Assembly: GCA_043228905.1 (NCBI GenBank)
Contig: JBHGNT010000010.1
Span: forward strand, 10,788,001 to 10,852,000
Length of the DNA: 64,000 nucleotides
Source: Azolla caroliniana
Lineage: Eukaryota; Plantae; Polypodiophyta
Reading direction: 5' to 3'
In this document: positions 35,683 to 48,598 of the stretch, piece after piece
Position numbering within the stretch: the stretch's first letter is position 1
Layout of the letters: each line of letters opens with the position of its first letter
Notes under the pieces: generated by a model
Told to the model about the DNA's origin: nothing
Database searches by the model: none
The model's input: the letters and a program-made list of their open reading frames with translations, nothing else
Position numbers and translations under genes: made by a program

Positions 35683-35891
35683 TGTTGAGAAGGCAAGCTC
35701 AACAAGAAGCCATATGGGCCGAAAGCCGAATACACTATAAGTCAAAAGGCATCAACCGAAAGGGTTGTGAGCCGTAAGGTCGACAAGGCCGTTATGATGT
35801 ATGGCCGTAGGCTCGAATAGGACATAGTCTTCCTAACATAGTTTTAGGAATATTACAGGCCAATTAGATGACATTGACATTGAATGAGTTG
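35683..35891 (+). repeat. Probable partial LTR of the Copia-0/3/4 type
   Basis: Starts TGTTGAGAAGGCAAGCTCAACA, matching the LTR starts of Copia-3 and Copia-4. Confidence 0.5.
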
Positions 35892-37080
35892 TGTCACGGA
35901 TAGATAATATGCACAAGAGACTAGAAGAAAATCAAACATATGAGTTGATGAATTGAAAGACATTGTAACTGGTGTTGTTCACCTTGATTGTAATCTAGGT
36001 GAACACACATATTTATACAAGTTCCGAGATTGAATATCTCTAGAATATACCGTAGAATATTTCTAGAATATACTAAGGACTAGAATATTCTGGAATGTAC
36101 TACATGCTAGACTATACAATATTAAACCATACACAATAACTTAAGAGTTTCCATATGGTTTATTTAACATTATGTACTGGGTGTGTTCCAAGTTAGAGAT
36201 TCGAGCCTAGAATGTGACATTATCCTCCCTCTTACGCCACCTTCCCAAATCGGCCACCGGTTTGTGGGGATACCGGTGATGAAAATCCTAGATCGCCTCT
36301 TAGGCATTATGTAAATTCTTCATTGGTTCCCACGTGGCGTCAGACATGGGGTAACCCTTCCACAAGACGAGGTATTGCAAGTGTCGATGGTGCAAACGGG
36401 AGTCAAGTATTTGGTCAACCTCGTATTCCTCCCCTATTGTCAACGGTACAAGTGGTGGTGGTGGGGCCAAGCGTCTCGGGAGTTGCGAAGCATGACGGGG
36501 TTCGAGGAGGGAGACATGAGAAACATCGTGAATCCGAAAGTGGGATGGAAGGGCCAGTCGGAAGGTGACAGGATTGATGCGCTCGACTATATAGAATGGT
36601 CCCAACTTCTTGTAATCAAGTTTCGCACATGGACGGGTAGTAGAGATGTTTCGTCGTAACAACCAGACCATGTCTTCGACGACAAAGTGTGGAGTGGCAT
36701 ATCAATGGTGATCAGTGTGTTTCTTGTATCGTTCCCCAACGAGACTGTATAGAATCTATGTATCGACCGAGTTAAACCCTCCTCGATGTCGTTTGCGGAG
36801 CTCGGACCAGCATACCAACTTCTTGTAATCAAGTTTCACACATGGACGGGTAGTAGAGATGTGTCATTGTAACAACCAGACCATGTCTCCGACGACAAAG
36901 TGTGGAGTGGCATATCTATGGTGATCAGTGTGTTTCTTGTATCGTTCGGCAGTGAGACTGTATAGGATCTATGTATCAACGGAGTTAAACCCTCCTTGAT
37001 GTCGTTTGCGGAGCTCAGACCAACCTATACCCTTTTGATGGCGAATCGGGCGGAGATGGTTGTCGGGAACCTTCGAGCCT
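35892..37080 (-). mobile_element. 3' end of a chromovirus (Tcn1-like Ty3/Gypsy): integrase GPF region, chromodomain, PPT and 3' LTR 35892-36219
   Basis: KLDYKKLGPF..IHDVSHVSLLEP..EYEVDQILDSR..QYLVLWKGY..DATWEP. PPT AAGAGGGAGG on the minus strand. LTR has TGTCAC..GTGACA ends. Internal ~208-bp tandem duplication. Confidence 0.88.
36082..36096. promoter_or_regulatory. Three-unit heat-shock element in the chromovirus LTR
   Basis: aGAAt-aTTCt-gGAAt, ~65 bp upstream of a minus-strand TATAAAT (36011-36017). Confidence 0.55.
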
Positions 37081-37348
37081 CACACTCACTTAACGATTAA
37101 TTGATTATGAAGCACGATATCTCTCTCACTCTCTCAAACTCGCTCTCATAGACCATAAGAGTAATTAATATGTTTATTAACCCCTCTTTGCTAAGAGGTC
37201 TAGCACCAACAAGGAAGATAGATTAGTGTTCTCTAACTAAATGTTACAGGCATGACCATATAATATCCTGTGGTGAGAATGTACCGTAGTATTCTATACA
37301 CATGCATAAAGTGTGTGGGTTAAACGAGAGTGTAAAGAAGGGGAGGAT

Positions 37349-40300
37349 TTTTGGGAAATCGGTCCCTTCGGATGGGATCCGGTTATGAACGAAGAGGACC
37401 CGGTGAGAACCGGAAGAGATCCGAAAACCGGATTGGATGGACCCAGTCAGAACCGAAAGAGAAGACATATTTGTAAATATGTTTTTTGCGTAAGCCTATT
37501 GAGGCTATATTTGTAAATAGCCCTAAGTTCATATAAGTATAAATATGACTTAGGGCAATTATCACTTTATGGAGGTCGTCATATTGTTGTTGAGATAACT
37601 ATTGTATATATATAGAGAGAGATACAGAGTGATCGTCTGTTGTAACCGTCGGCTAGCGAAGATACAGAGCTCGAGGTCGTTGCCTTCGAGTCTCTGTTTG
37701 TGCCTTTCCTATATAGTGATAGTTTGGAGTCTGTGGGCTCCTGTGGTTTTTTCCTATTAGGGTTTTCCACGTAAACACTCTGTGTATCCTCTATCGTTTT
37801 GTGTGTGTAAATGCACTCACTCCCTACTTCCCATTTTTATGTTTGATTTCCATCCAAGTGATTCAAGACTCGGTTGTGGCCGAGCAATATTCCGCGTTAT
37901 TCTTCACAAACTAGTATCAGAGCAAACAACACAGGAAATGGAAGAATCGTTCAACGGCATGTTCAAGCTCACCGGCTCCAACTACTCAGTGTGGAAGTCG
38001 AAGATGAGGGATATGCTGGTGGTTAAGGATCTTTGGTTGCCGATACAGTTCGGGGACAAGAGACCGGATAAGATTGACGCCAAAGTGTGGGAAGTGATGC
38101 ACATGAAGACGACAACATACATCCGATGCTTCATCGACATGAGCCTGTACAACAACTTCAATGAAGAGAGCAAGGCTCATGAACTCTGTAGAATATTGGC
38201 ATCATGTTCCAGAACAAGAATGTCGTTAATCGGGTTTCGGTATTCCGGAAGCTAGTGAGGCTCCGGTACTAGGACGGCTCCAGTATGGCAGAGCACATGA
38301 ATGCCTTCCAGGGGCTGATACATCAAGCAACCTCATTGGAAGTACCTCTCGCCAATGAGGTACTTGCATTGCTCCTGCTCAATTCCCTCATGGATAGCTG
38401 GGAGACGTTAGTTGTCACGTTGGGCAACGCTAGGCCGGAAGGAAAACAATTGTCCCTAGCAAGGGTAAAATCAAGCTTGCTAGATGAAGAAGCTGGTCGG
38501 AAGGACCGGGAATTTGGAACCGATCCGAAGGCCTTCGTCATGGAAGATGACCACAACCGGGGAAGAGGCCGGTATCGGAGTCCCCAAAACCGGGACAAAT
38601 CGGGGACGAGGTCGAAGTCAAAGGGGAGGCCCACGTGCTTCTATTGCGGGAAGCCAGGACACTTCCAGAAGAACTGTCGGCATTTCTGGAAAGAGAAAGA
38701 GTCCGGCACTACCAATTCAAAGAAGAGTTTGGACCGAAACAGTTCGGAATGGAGAGGCCCGGATCGGAAGGGAACATTGACAATCGCGACAAGTGAAGAA
38801 GAAATTATGCTCATTACTGAAGAGAATGAGTTAAACGCTGTCGGCGACAAGGCAATGTGGGTTGCCGATTCCGGAGCGTCGTTCCACCTGACACCGGACC
38901 GGAGATGCTTCTCATCCTACACAGCCGGAGATCATGGTTGTGTCCGGATGGGGAATGAAGGTACATGTTGAATTATCGGCATAGGAGGTGTGTTGTTGAC
39001 GACATCAACCGGATGCAAGTTGTTGTTGAAGGATGTTCGACACGTTCCAAAGGTTTGACTAAACTTGATATCAGTCGGTCGGCTAGATGATGAAGGCTAC
39101 ACGAGTAGCATTTGGAATGGAGTTATGAAGTTCAGCAAAGGGAGCCTAATAGTGGCTCGAGCCCGAAAGGTCAATACGCTATACTTGATGAATGCCCGGA
39201 TATGCCGGGAAGAAGTGAACGTAGCATCCGACACTGCCGGTGAGTTGTGGCACAAGAGACTATGTCATATGAGCCAGAAGGGGATGAGAAGACTTACTGA
39301 AGACAACCTCATTCCAGAGGTGAAAGACATGCATCTTGAGAAGTGCACCGATTGGTTGGCCGGCAAGCAAAACCGAACCTCCTTCCGATCAAGACCACTG
39401 ATGAGATGGAGTGCACCACTGGAGCTGGTGCATACCGATGTGTCTCAAGTGGACACGAAGTCACATGCTGGATCGCAATACTTTATGACGTTCATAGATG
39501 ACCATAGCTAGAAGCTGTGGGTCTCACCACTGAAGACGAAGGATCAAGTGTTATCAGTCTTCAAGGAGCCCCATGCGAAAGTGGAAAGAGAAACCGACCG
39601 GAAGCTGAAGGCGGTTCGAACGGACAACGGAGGAGAATACCGGGGGCAGTTCGAGGAGTACTGCTGGTCGAAGGGAATATGGCTCGAATTCACTGTGCTG
39701 AAGATGCCGGAATTGAGCGGGCTAGCCGAATGGATGAACCGAACCATGATGGAGAGAATCTAGAGCATTCTGGCACATGCAAAATTACCCAAGACGTTTT
39801 GGGCTGAGGCGCTAATGATGGCGACCTATGTGATAAATAGATCACCCTTAACACCCTTGGAAGGAGACTCACCGCAGAAAGTATGGACCGGTAAAGATGT
39901 ATCTTACTGGCATCTGAAGGTGTTTGGGTGTCTCGTCTATGTGCATGTTGCAAAGGATAAGAGAGCAAAGTTGGATCCAAAGTCCATGCCATGCATATTC
40001 CTTGGATACGGCGATGATGAGTTCAGTTACCAGGTGTGGGATCTGGTCCATACCGCAGAAAGTATAGACCGGTAAAGATGTATCTTACCGGCATCTGAAG
40101 GTGTTTGGTTGTCTCTCCTATGTGCATGTTGCAAAGGATAAGAGAGCTAAGTTGGATCCGAAGTCAAGGCCATGCATATTCCTTGGATAAGGCGATGATG
40201 AGTTCGGTTATCGGGTGTGGGATCTGGTCGACAAGAAGGTGTTCCGGAGTCGGGACATAGTTTTCATGGAAGACATGACCATTTCCAACTGGGGGTCAGA

Positions 40301-41443
40301 GAAGAAGGTGATGAACTCCGCATCATCCAATGAAAACCGGCTTGAGGACACAAGGATATAGCCAGTTGAAAACCGGATGACACTCGACGAACCGGCCAGA
40401 TACGAACAAGAAACCGAACCGACCAAAGGAGAAGAAGAAGAAGAAGAAGAAGAAGAAGAAGACATTGGAACCGAACAAGATCCTGAATCTGATTCAGATG
40501 AGGAACAAACGGAGGACCGGTAGTAAGAAACCAAGGACGAAGATATCCTCTCAGAGAGAGAAGAGCCCCCCGGAGATTTCCGGATGTAGAGCACGTATTG
40601 CTAACCGATGAGGGGGAGCTGGAAAGCTTCAAAGCAGCCAAGAGAGATGCCCACAGCCGCAAGTGGTTGAGTGCCATGCAGGATGAGATGGATTCCCTGC
40701 ATGAGAACCACACATATGAACTAACGAAGTTGCCGAAAGGGAAGAGAGCACTCCAGAACAAGTGGGTGTACAAACTGAAACCGGGAGATGCCGGAAACCC
40801 ACCGAGATACAAAGCCTGGATCGTGGTGAAGGGGTTCCAATAGAAGAAGGGAGTGGATTTTGATGAGATCGTTGCATCCATCTGGACGGTATTGGGCATA
40901 GCGGCAAGCATGGACCTCGAGGTAGAGCAACTAGACGTCAAGACGACATTCCTACATGGCGACCTCGAAGAAGAAATCTACATGCATCAACCGGAAGGAT
41001 TCAAGAGGAAAGGGAAGGAGCACCTGGTGTGTCGACTGAAGAAGAGCCTATACGGACTGAAACAAGCTCCCCGGCAATGGTACCGGAAGTTCAACTCCTT
41101 CATGACCGACCAAGGGTACCACAAAACGCAAGCCGATCACTACGTGTTTGTGAAGAAATTTGACGGAGCACCTGGTGTGTCGACTGAAGAAGAGCCTATA
41201 CGGACTGAAACAAGCTCCTCGGCAATGGTACCGGAAGTTCAACTCCTTCATGACCGACCAAGGGTACCACAAAACGCAAGCCGATCACTACGTGTTTGTG
41301 AAGAAATTTGACGGAGGAGATTTCCTGATACTCCTCCTATATGTGGATGATATGTTGATCATCGGGCGAGACCAAGGAAAAATTCGGATGCTGAAGAAGG
41401 CTCTGAACCGGACCTTCTCAATGAAAGACTTGGGTTCGGCAAG
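37349..41443 (+). mobile_element. Degenerate Ty1/Copia element (Copia-6), LTR 37349-37908 and gag-pol from 37938, cut in RT by Gypsy-A
   Basis: LTR homologous to the Copia-1 LTR. Mutated PBS TAGTATCAGAGC at 37912-37923. Fragmented gag/PR/INT/RT ORFs and two internal tandem duplications. Confidence 0.92.
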
Positions 41444-44400
41444 TGTTGGTTGGCAAGACCAAAGGGCCGGTTAGAGTCTAGAATGTGAAAGGGGTATTTA
41501 ATTAGGGATAGGGAGTTGTTATTAATATATATCATGTTATTTTGAGAAGATAAATATTATGTTATTTTGAGAAGTGGGCAGACGGACCAGAATCAGTATG
41601 CTGATTCGGATCCGGACCGGATCGTTGCCAGTTGCCGGTTGGCACCGGTTTGTAACTCAGCTGGAGACCCTTAAAAGGACCCAACAAGAATGTAATCAGA
41701 GACGGATAATTAATAAAAGGGTTGTTGTTTTACATATTTTTTAGTTTCTATTTGATTATCATTCTGTGCTTAATATGATTAATCTTACGTGTGTGTTATG
41801 ATCATTAACAGTGCCGGTTAGTAACCGGTTAAGACCCATTCGATACCGCGGTCCATCCATATCTCACCGTACCACCCTTTGGTGAAGTGTTCCATAGGGA
41901 TGCCCTGTGTTAGGGCTTGTCCAGCCTAAAGGATAACACAATTTTTGGCGACCACGATTCTTGCAGTGAGCAGAGAACATTGGGGGATGGATGTCTCGAC
42001 CGATTAACGACCAAGTCATCAAACGAGGAAGAAGACTAGCCGAAAGACAGCAAAGGCAGGAAGCCTTCCAGCAAGCGGCTGAGGAGATCCGATAGGATCG
42101 GTCTTTTCCTAGAGTGCTTCGGAGGGTCGCAGAAGAAGCACTTCGGTTCTAAAAACACCAACTTTCCGACGAGGGCAGTAGTTTGACGAGCCTGCAAGAG
42201 GCAGAATCGCGACTGCGGACGCTTGCCGAAGCAGTAGCCTAAAGAGCCTGCAAGAGGTAGAATCGAGACTGCGGACGCTTGTTGAAGGCAACGAAGACTC
42301 GGAGGCATTCTCGGCCTTAGAGTCGGAATCGGATAGTGAACAGAGCATTCAGTCGAATTACAAAAGCAACCACGATACTCCGGACGATCCGGAGGATGAC
42401 AAATCGGACAGCTCACCAACACCACACGCGGAGAAAGTGGAAAACCGTGCACCAACACCACCCGCGGAGAAAGCGGAAAACCGTGCACCAACACCACCCG
42501 CGGAGGAAACGGAAAACTACGCACCAACACCAACCGCAGCGCAAGAACTAGACCACACATCTTCGGTACAACCTCCCGAAGACTACACCATGCCGTACCC
42601 GTATCCGAAGTACCGTGATGACCCTAACGCGGAGGCACACGTCTATGCGTTCCTACAAACATGGGAAGCAAATAATGTGTCCCAAAGTCTGACCAAACCG
42701 GAAGCCGAACGGTCAAAAATTGCCGAATTCGGCATGACATTAGAGGAACCGGCGGCCCGCTGGCACGCAAAGCACCTACCCAGAAGCTTTGCCACATTTG
42801 AGGCCTTGAAAACAAAATTCCTTCGACTATTCCATAGGCAAGTGGAACAACTCGAACTAGTCGATCAATTTTACACAACCCACCAAGAGGAGTAGGAGAC
42901 AGTGCCCCAATTTATCATCCGATTTCAAACACTACACAGCCAATTAAGAAGGGCACCTCCGGAGGAGGAGGCAAAAGCAGTGTTTCTGGCCGCTCTACGA
43001 AAACCCCTCCGAACGATGTGCACGGTACTAGATTTCTAGGCCAGCACAATGGATCAAGTCATTGATCGGGTGCTGGAAATGGATAAACATAGCTCCCTGA
43101 TGATGATGGGAGCCCTGCAGAGGGCCCTTCCAAATAAGGAGGATCTCAAGTTTCGCCAAGCATTGCAATGCACTAGATGTCTAAACCCAGGCCATTCGAT
43201 GGTAGCTTGCACAATGAGGACGCAGTGTATGATCTGCCACTCACGAGCACACACAACGGACAGATGCGAGTACAACCTACTCAATCGACAAGCGACACCG
43301 GTACGGATCATTGAACCACGTAGCAGTCACGAACCAGACGACGAACGGTTCCGGAGCGAGGACCGATACCGACCAGAACATGGGGATTGGTACAATGATA
43401 GAAGACTATGGGTGTGATTGCGACGATCGACGTAGGGAAGGCTACAACCGAGATCGGTATGAATGGAACTACTCCCCGGATTACGACCAGAGAAGGGATG
43501 CTTATGACCGGGACCAGTATGATAGGAACCAAGATTATAACGGTGACCGGTATGGTCACGATTACTCTCCAAGATTGAACCAGAGGAGGGAGGACCAACG
43601 AGGAGACTACGAAGACCGGCACCGATAGGGTTACAAGAACAACATACACTTTATTAAGAAATGGAACTTTCAGAAAGAGGATTGTCGGGAGCCGGCAAAG
43701 GAGTATCAACGAGAGCCAGATAGAGGCATAAGTAGCGGCCAACCGGAACAAAGAAGAACAAAAGAACCTAACCGAGCAGTAACTGGATTTCAATCGGGTA
43801 TCGGGCCAAAAGCATAATCTAGTAATACCTGGAAGGCGTATTGTTACTATTGTCGCCAGGAAGGCGATTATAGCAACCAATGTCTGGTTAAAAGTAACAA
43901 AAAACGACCAGTAGTCAATATGGTGGTAGCAGAAGTAACGGATATACAACAAGTCACCACCAGATCAAAAGGAAAGATGGCGGAGTGGGAAGCACAGGAG
44001 GCCATACGAAAACAGACCATCGAATGGATTGAAAAGGCCAACAAACGCAATGTCACCGAAATGAAAGAGCACACCAATATAGTGGAGGAACTCACCGTAA
44101 AGGCACAACCGGAGAACCCCACATGGCAAGCACTTCAGGAATGCCAAATCACGTTACCACTGGGCCGGTTACTGCAACTAGTGCCCCAGTTCACCGACGG
44201 GTTGAAATCGGCGATGGCTTCGTTAAGTCCTGCACCGGCTCTGGCATTCTTTTCAAATCCGGAGGAAGGACCGGCAGTGGTGGACACCAACAGTCATGTA
44301 ATCACTACGATTATTAAAGGACGGGAGCTACCGGGTACGATAGTCGATGGCGGATCAGGAGTAAACGTCATAAGCCTCTGGACATGTGACACTTTGGGAA

Positions 44401-47400
44401 TTCAGGAGTGGGAACCATGCCCATTCTAGCTCCAGATGGCGGACACTAGCTCAATCCGACCGACCGGCTTGATCTGGGACTTGGAGGTGACGATCCGAGG
44501 CCATGCTTTCTGAATTTCTGTGGTAGTGCTCCAGCCGAACGCTCAAGGGGTATACCCACTACTGCTGGGACGACCATGGCTGAGGACTGCTCGTATCAAA
44601 CAGAACTGGCAGAAGAACAATATTACGTTCGGAAGAGGGAAAACGAAAGTAAGAGTCCCCACGCAACCGCAAGCAGGCCCCATCAAAGACGTAACCCCAA
44701 GCAGGCCCCGTCAAAAAAGAAACCCCACTATATGCCAAAAGTGTGAACATGTTGGCAGGACTGGCCGACGAGGAGGTGGATCGCTACCTTGAAGAAAACC
44801 CAAGGATAGTCCCTCTGTTCGAAGTGGACGTGGCAGAAGCGGTATCTCCATACATTGTGCAAACGGAAGAGGCCAGTGAGGAACCGGATAAGGATGCAAT
44901 CCGGGAACTGTGGCAAGCACAGGAGGCCTTGGAATGGGAAATGACGGTATCCCAACGAGTAAAGGCATCCCAACTAGAAGAAGTAAATTTGGGCACCGGA
45001 GAGGTAGTGCGTCCGGTACATGTGGCCAAGGAGATGTCATCGGAAGACAAATCGGCAATGATAACATTATTAAAAGAATTCTGGGATGTATTCGCTTGGT
45101 CCTATGAAGATATGCAGGGACTTGACCCCCAACTCTATCAACACCAGATTCACCTCAACAAGGACATTAAGCCGGTGGCACAACAACGCTATCGGATGAA
45201 CCCAAACTACGCAGCAAGAGTAAAGGAGGAAATTGACAAGCTACTCCGAGTTGGCTTTATCTGGCCGGTGAAGAAAGCCACTTGGCTAAGTCTAATTTTC
45301 GTAGTGCCGAAGAAGAACGGCAAGATCCGTGTTTGCGTGGATTACCAGAAATTGAACGCGGCAATGGTCCCTGACGCATTTCCGCTTCCGTTTACGGATG
45401 GAGTTTTCGATGCGGTAGCCAAACACGAGGTTTATAGCTTCCTCGATGGTTTCGGCGGATATAACCAAATAAGGATGCACCCGGACGATCAAGAAAAGAC
45501 GGTGTTCGTGATAGAATGGGGAGTCTTTGTAGCAGTTGTAATGATGTTCAGACTCAAGACGGTGTCGGCAACCTTTCAAAGGATTATTATGGAAGTATTT
45601 GGAGAATTCATACTGGCATTTATGCAGGTATTCCTGGATGACTTCGCGGTATATAGCCGGAAAGGAGAACATCTCGACCATCTCAAGTTATGCTTGGAAA
45701 AGTGCAGAGGATACCTGTTAAGCTTAAACCCGGCAAAATGCATCTTCGATGTGACCAGCGGCACATTGCTGGGTCATATTGTTAGCAAGGAAGGGATTGT
45801 CGTGGACCCGGATAAGGTCAAGGCTATTTTGCAGGCACCGACACCGACGACCGCCAAGGCTTTAAGCCGGTTCTTAGCACAGAAATGGTGGCATAGCCGG
45901 ATGCTCCGGTACTTGGCAGACCTCGCCACACCACTACACGCAGATGTACAATGGACACCGTTTAAATGGACGGATGAAGAGGACAAGGCTTACCACGCAC
46001 TCAAGGTAATGCTATCATAAACACCAGTGATACAACCCCCGGACTGGTCAAAAGAGTTCCATGTCTTCGTGGACGCATCGGATATTGCAATCGCCAACGT
46101 ACTCATGCAACTTACCGAATCGAAGTGGTACCGGCCGGTGTACTACGCTAGCCGGAAGCTGTCAAAGGCAGATCGAAATTATTCCACTACGGAAAGAGAA
46201 GACCTAGTAATGATATACATTGTCACCAAATACCGTCATTATTTTTTGGGCCACAAGTTTTCATTCTATGTAGACCATTCAATGCTTTTATACTTGGTCT
46301 CGAAGGCATCACTCACCGGCAAGCTGGCCCAGTGGACATTATTATTACAAGAATTTGAATTTGAGATCTACCACCGGCCAGGTATACAACATGCGGTTGT
46401 CGATTACTTGAGCCGGTTAGAATCCGGAGAGACCAGTGACAGTGTTCAAGATGACTTTCTAAATGCCGAATTGTTTAAAATTACAACGGAAACCACGGTA
46501 GAGGGAACCGTCGCGGACGAGGACAAATGGCTAACGAACATGCACCAGTTCTTAAGCACCGAACTACCCCCATAGGAGATGAATCGGGATGAACGTAAAC
46601 AGTTGGCGGTGCAAAGCCGACACTTTTGTCTAGTGCAAGATACACTGTATCATAAAGGAGCGGAAGGCATATGGCGGCGAGCGGTTCAGAGTGATGAAAA
46701 ATATACCATTTTACGAGAAGTGCATTGTGGGGTCGTCGGAGGACATTATGCCGAAGAAGCTACGGCAAGGAAAATATGGCGCAACGGCTTATGGTGGCCA
46801 ACAACACTAAAGGACTCAGTTCGATATACGAAGGAATGTGATTTGTGTCAAAGAATGGGCCAGCCAACGGAACAAGCGCGTATGCTGCACTAGCCGGTAC
46901 CACCTGTAGAGCCATTCCAGAAATGGGGGTTGGACTTTGTTGGACCATTCAAGCCACCGGCAATGTGAACCGGCAACAGGTACATAATCGTCGCCACAGA
47001 TTACTGTACAAAATGGGTGGAAGCCAAGGCACTATGTGACAATACCCCGGCATCGACGACAAAGTTCCTGTACGAGTACATCTGGTGCCGGTATGGATGT
47101 CCAATCGAATTAATCAGCGACCAAGGTGGACACTCTCTCGGCCAAGTGGTGGAAAGCCTAACAACATTTTATGTGCTCGTACACAAGTGAAGCACCCCTT
47201 ATTACCCACAAGCCAATGGATTGGCCGAATCCACCAATAAAACTCTGCAGAACATTCTCCGGAAGATTGTCAATGAGAACCGAACCGATTGGGATACAAA
47301 GCTGCACAACGTGTTATGGGCTTACCGGACGACATACAAAACAAGTATCCGGACAACACCATTCCGGTTAGTGTTTGGTCTTGATGCGGTGATACCAATA

Positions 47401-48598
47401 GAATTCCAGATTCCAAGCTTACAGATACAGGTCCGGGAGCAGCTGAGCGAGGAGTTGGAAAAAATCTGGTTAGCAGCACTATGCGAGCTGGAGAAGCACC
47501 GAATAGTGAGCCTAATGCAGATGGAACTTGAGCAACGATGAAGGAAAGCATTCATCGACCACCATCGGAAGGGTAACGAGAAGATGTTTGGAATCGACAA
47601 GCCGATACTAGTGTTCCAAACCCGGATGGGCAAGATGCCGGGGAAGCTAGGTTTTGGTGGACCGGACCATATTGGATAACGCGATAGTTCAACGGCTCAT
47701 ATCAGCTAGGAACGCTAGTTGGCAAGGTGCTGGACAACTGGGTAAATGGGTTCCGACTTAAAATATATTATGGACCTATGCCACAGAACCCGTTTCATCA
47801 ACTGGAGAACAATGCGGAAATAGGCAACGACAAGCAGTTGCCCGGCAACCATGAAGAAAAACAGACAAGGGAGTTGGGCTTACTGGGTAACTGGAACTAG
47901 GAAAAAAAGAAAAAAAGAAAAAAGAAAATCATCATGCAGAGGCGAGGAGCGAACGGACACCTCGAAAAGTCGTGCAATGGCTATTTAAAGCCTAGTTAAA
48001 GCGCACCACGTGTCACACAATTGCTATTATAGTACACGACGCGCATGCACGGGAATCGAGAAAGGCGTCAAGCATGGGAACACGAAACCTCCGCCTCGCA
48101 GAGTCTCTCTCATTTCGCGAACACAGAGCACAGAGCGCACAAAGGACAATATAAGTGAGTAGACGGACGCAAGAAGCACATACAAGCACATCGGCCCTAC
48201 CCACCCCCGTAGCACCAGACGACGAGATGGAACCTATGGCACTTTCTGAAATAGCCAAGAAGTGGTTCAACCAACATGGGTTGGGAGGCTTCCTAAGGAT
48301 AGCAGAGGCACCGCCGCACGACCAGGCAGAAGAAGTCATGCATAAAATCGATATAGAAGTTATAACAGAGGAAGCCATCCGCGCTCTAATCGGATTGTTG
48401 GAAGGGGGCATCTACTCCATGGAGAACCCTTCTCCTGAAATGCTAACCAAGTTTATTGGCGAGTATTCCCTCGCCAGCAAGGCTCACCAGACATAGGGTG
48501 GCGAGGACCCCCTGTTCAGAGAAGTGGCTCGTGTCCTCCACGAGTATGGGTTCGTGTACCCCCAACCCCCGGCAATGCCAAAGAACAAAGCCGGTTTC
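41444..48598 (+). mobile_element. Degenerate non-chromovirus Ty3/Gypsy element (Gypsy-A): 5' LTR 41444-41938, gag-pol ~41991-47900, start of extra ORF 48227-48598, interrupted by Gypsy-B
   Basis: LTR TGTT..TAACA. PBS TGGCGACCAC at 41946-41955. IVDGGSG, FLDDF, FVDASD and GLDFVGPF motifs with many stops. Confidence 0.92.
42414..42537 (+). repeat. 36-bp tandem repeat (~3.5 units) in the Gypsy-A gag N-terminus
   Basis: CACCAACACCACCCGCGGAGAAAGCGGAAAACCGTG units encoding PTPPAEKAENRA. Confidence 0.88.
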
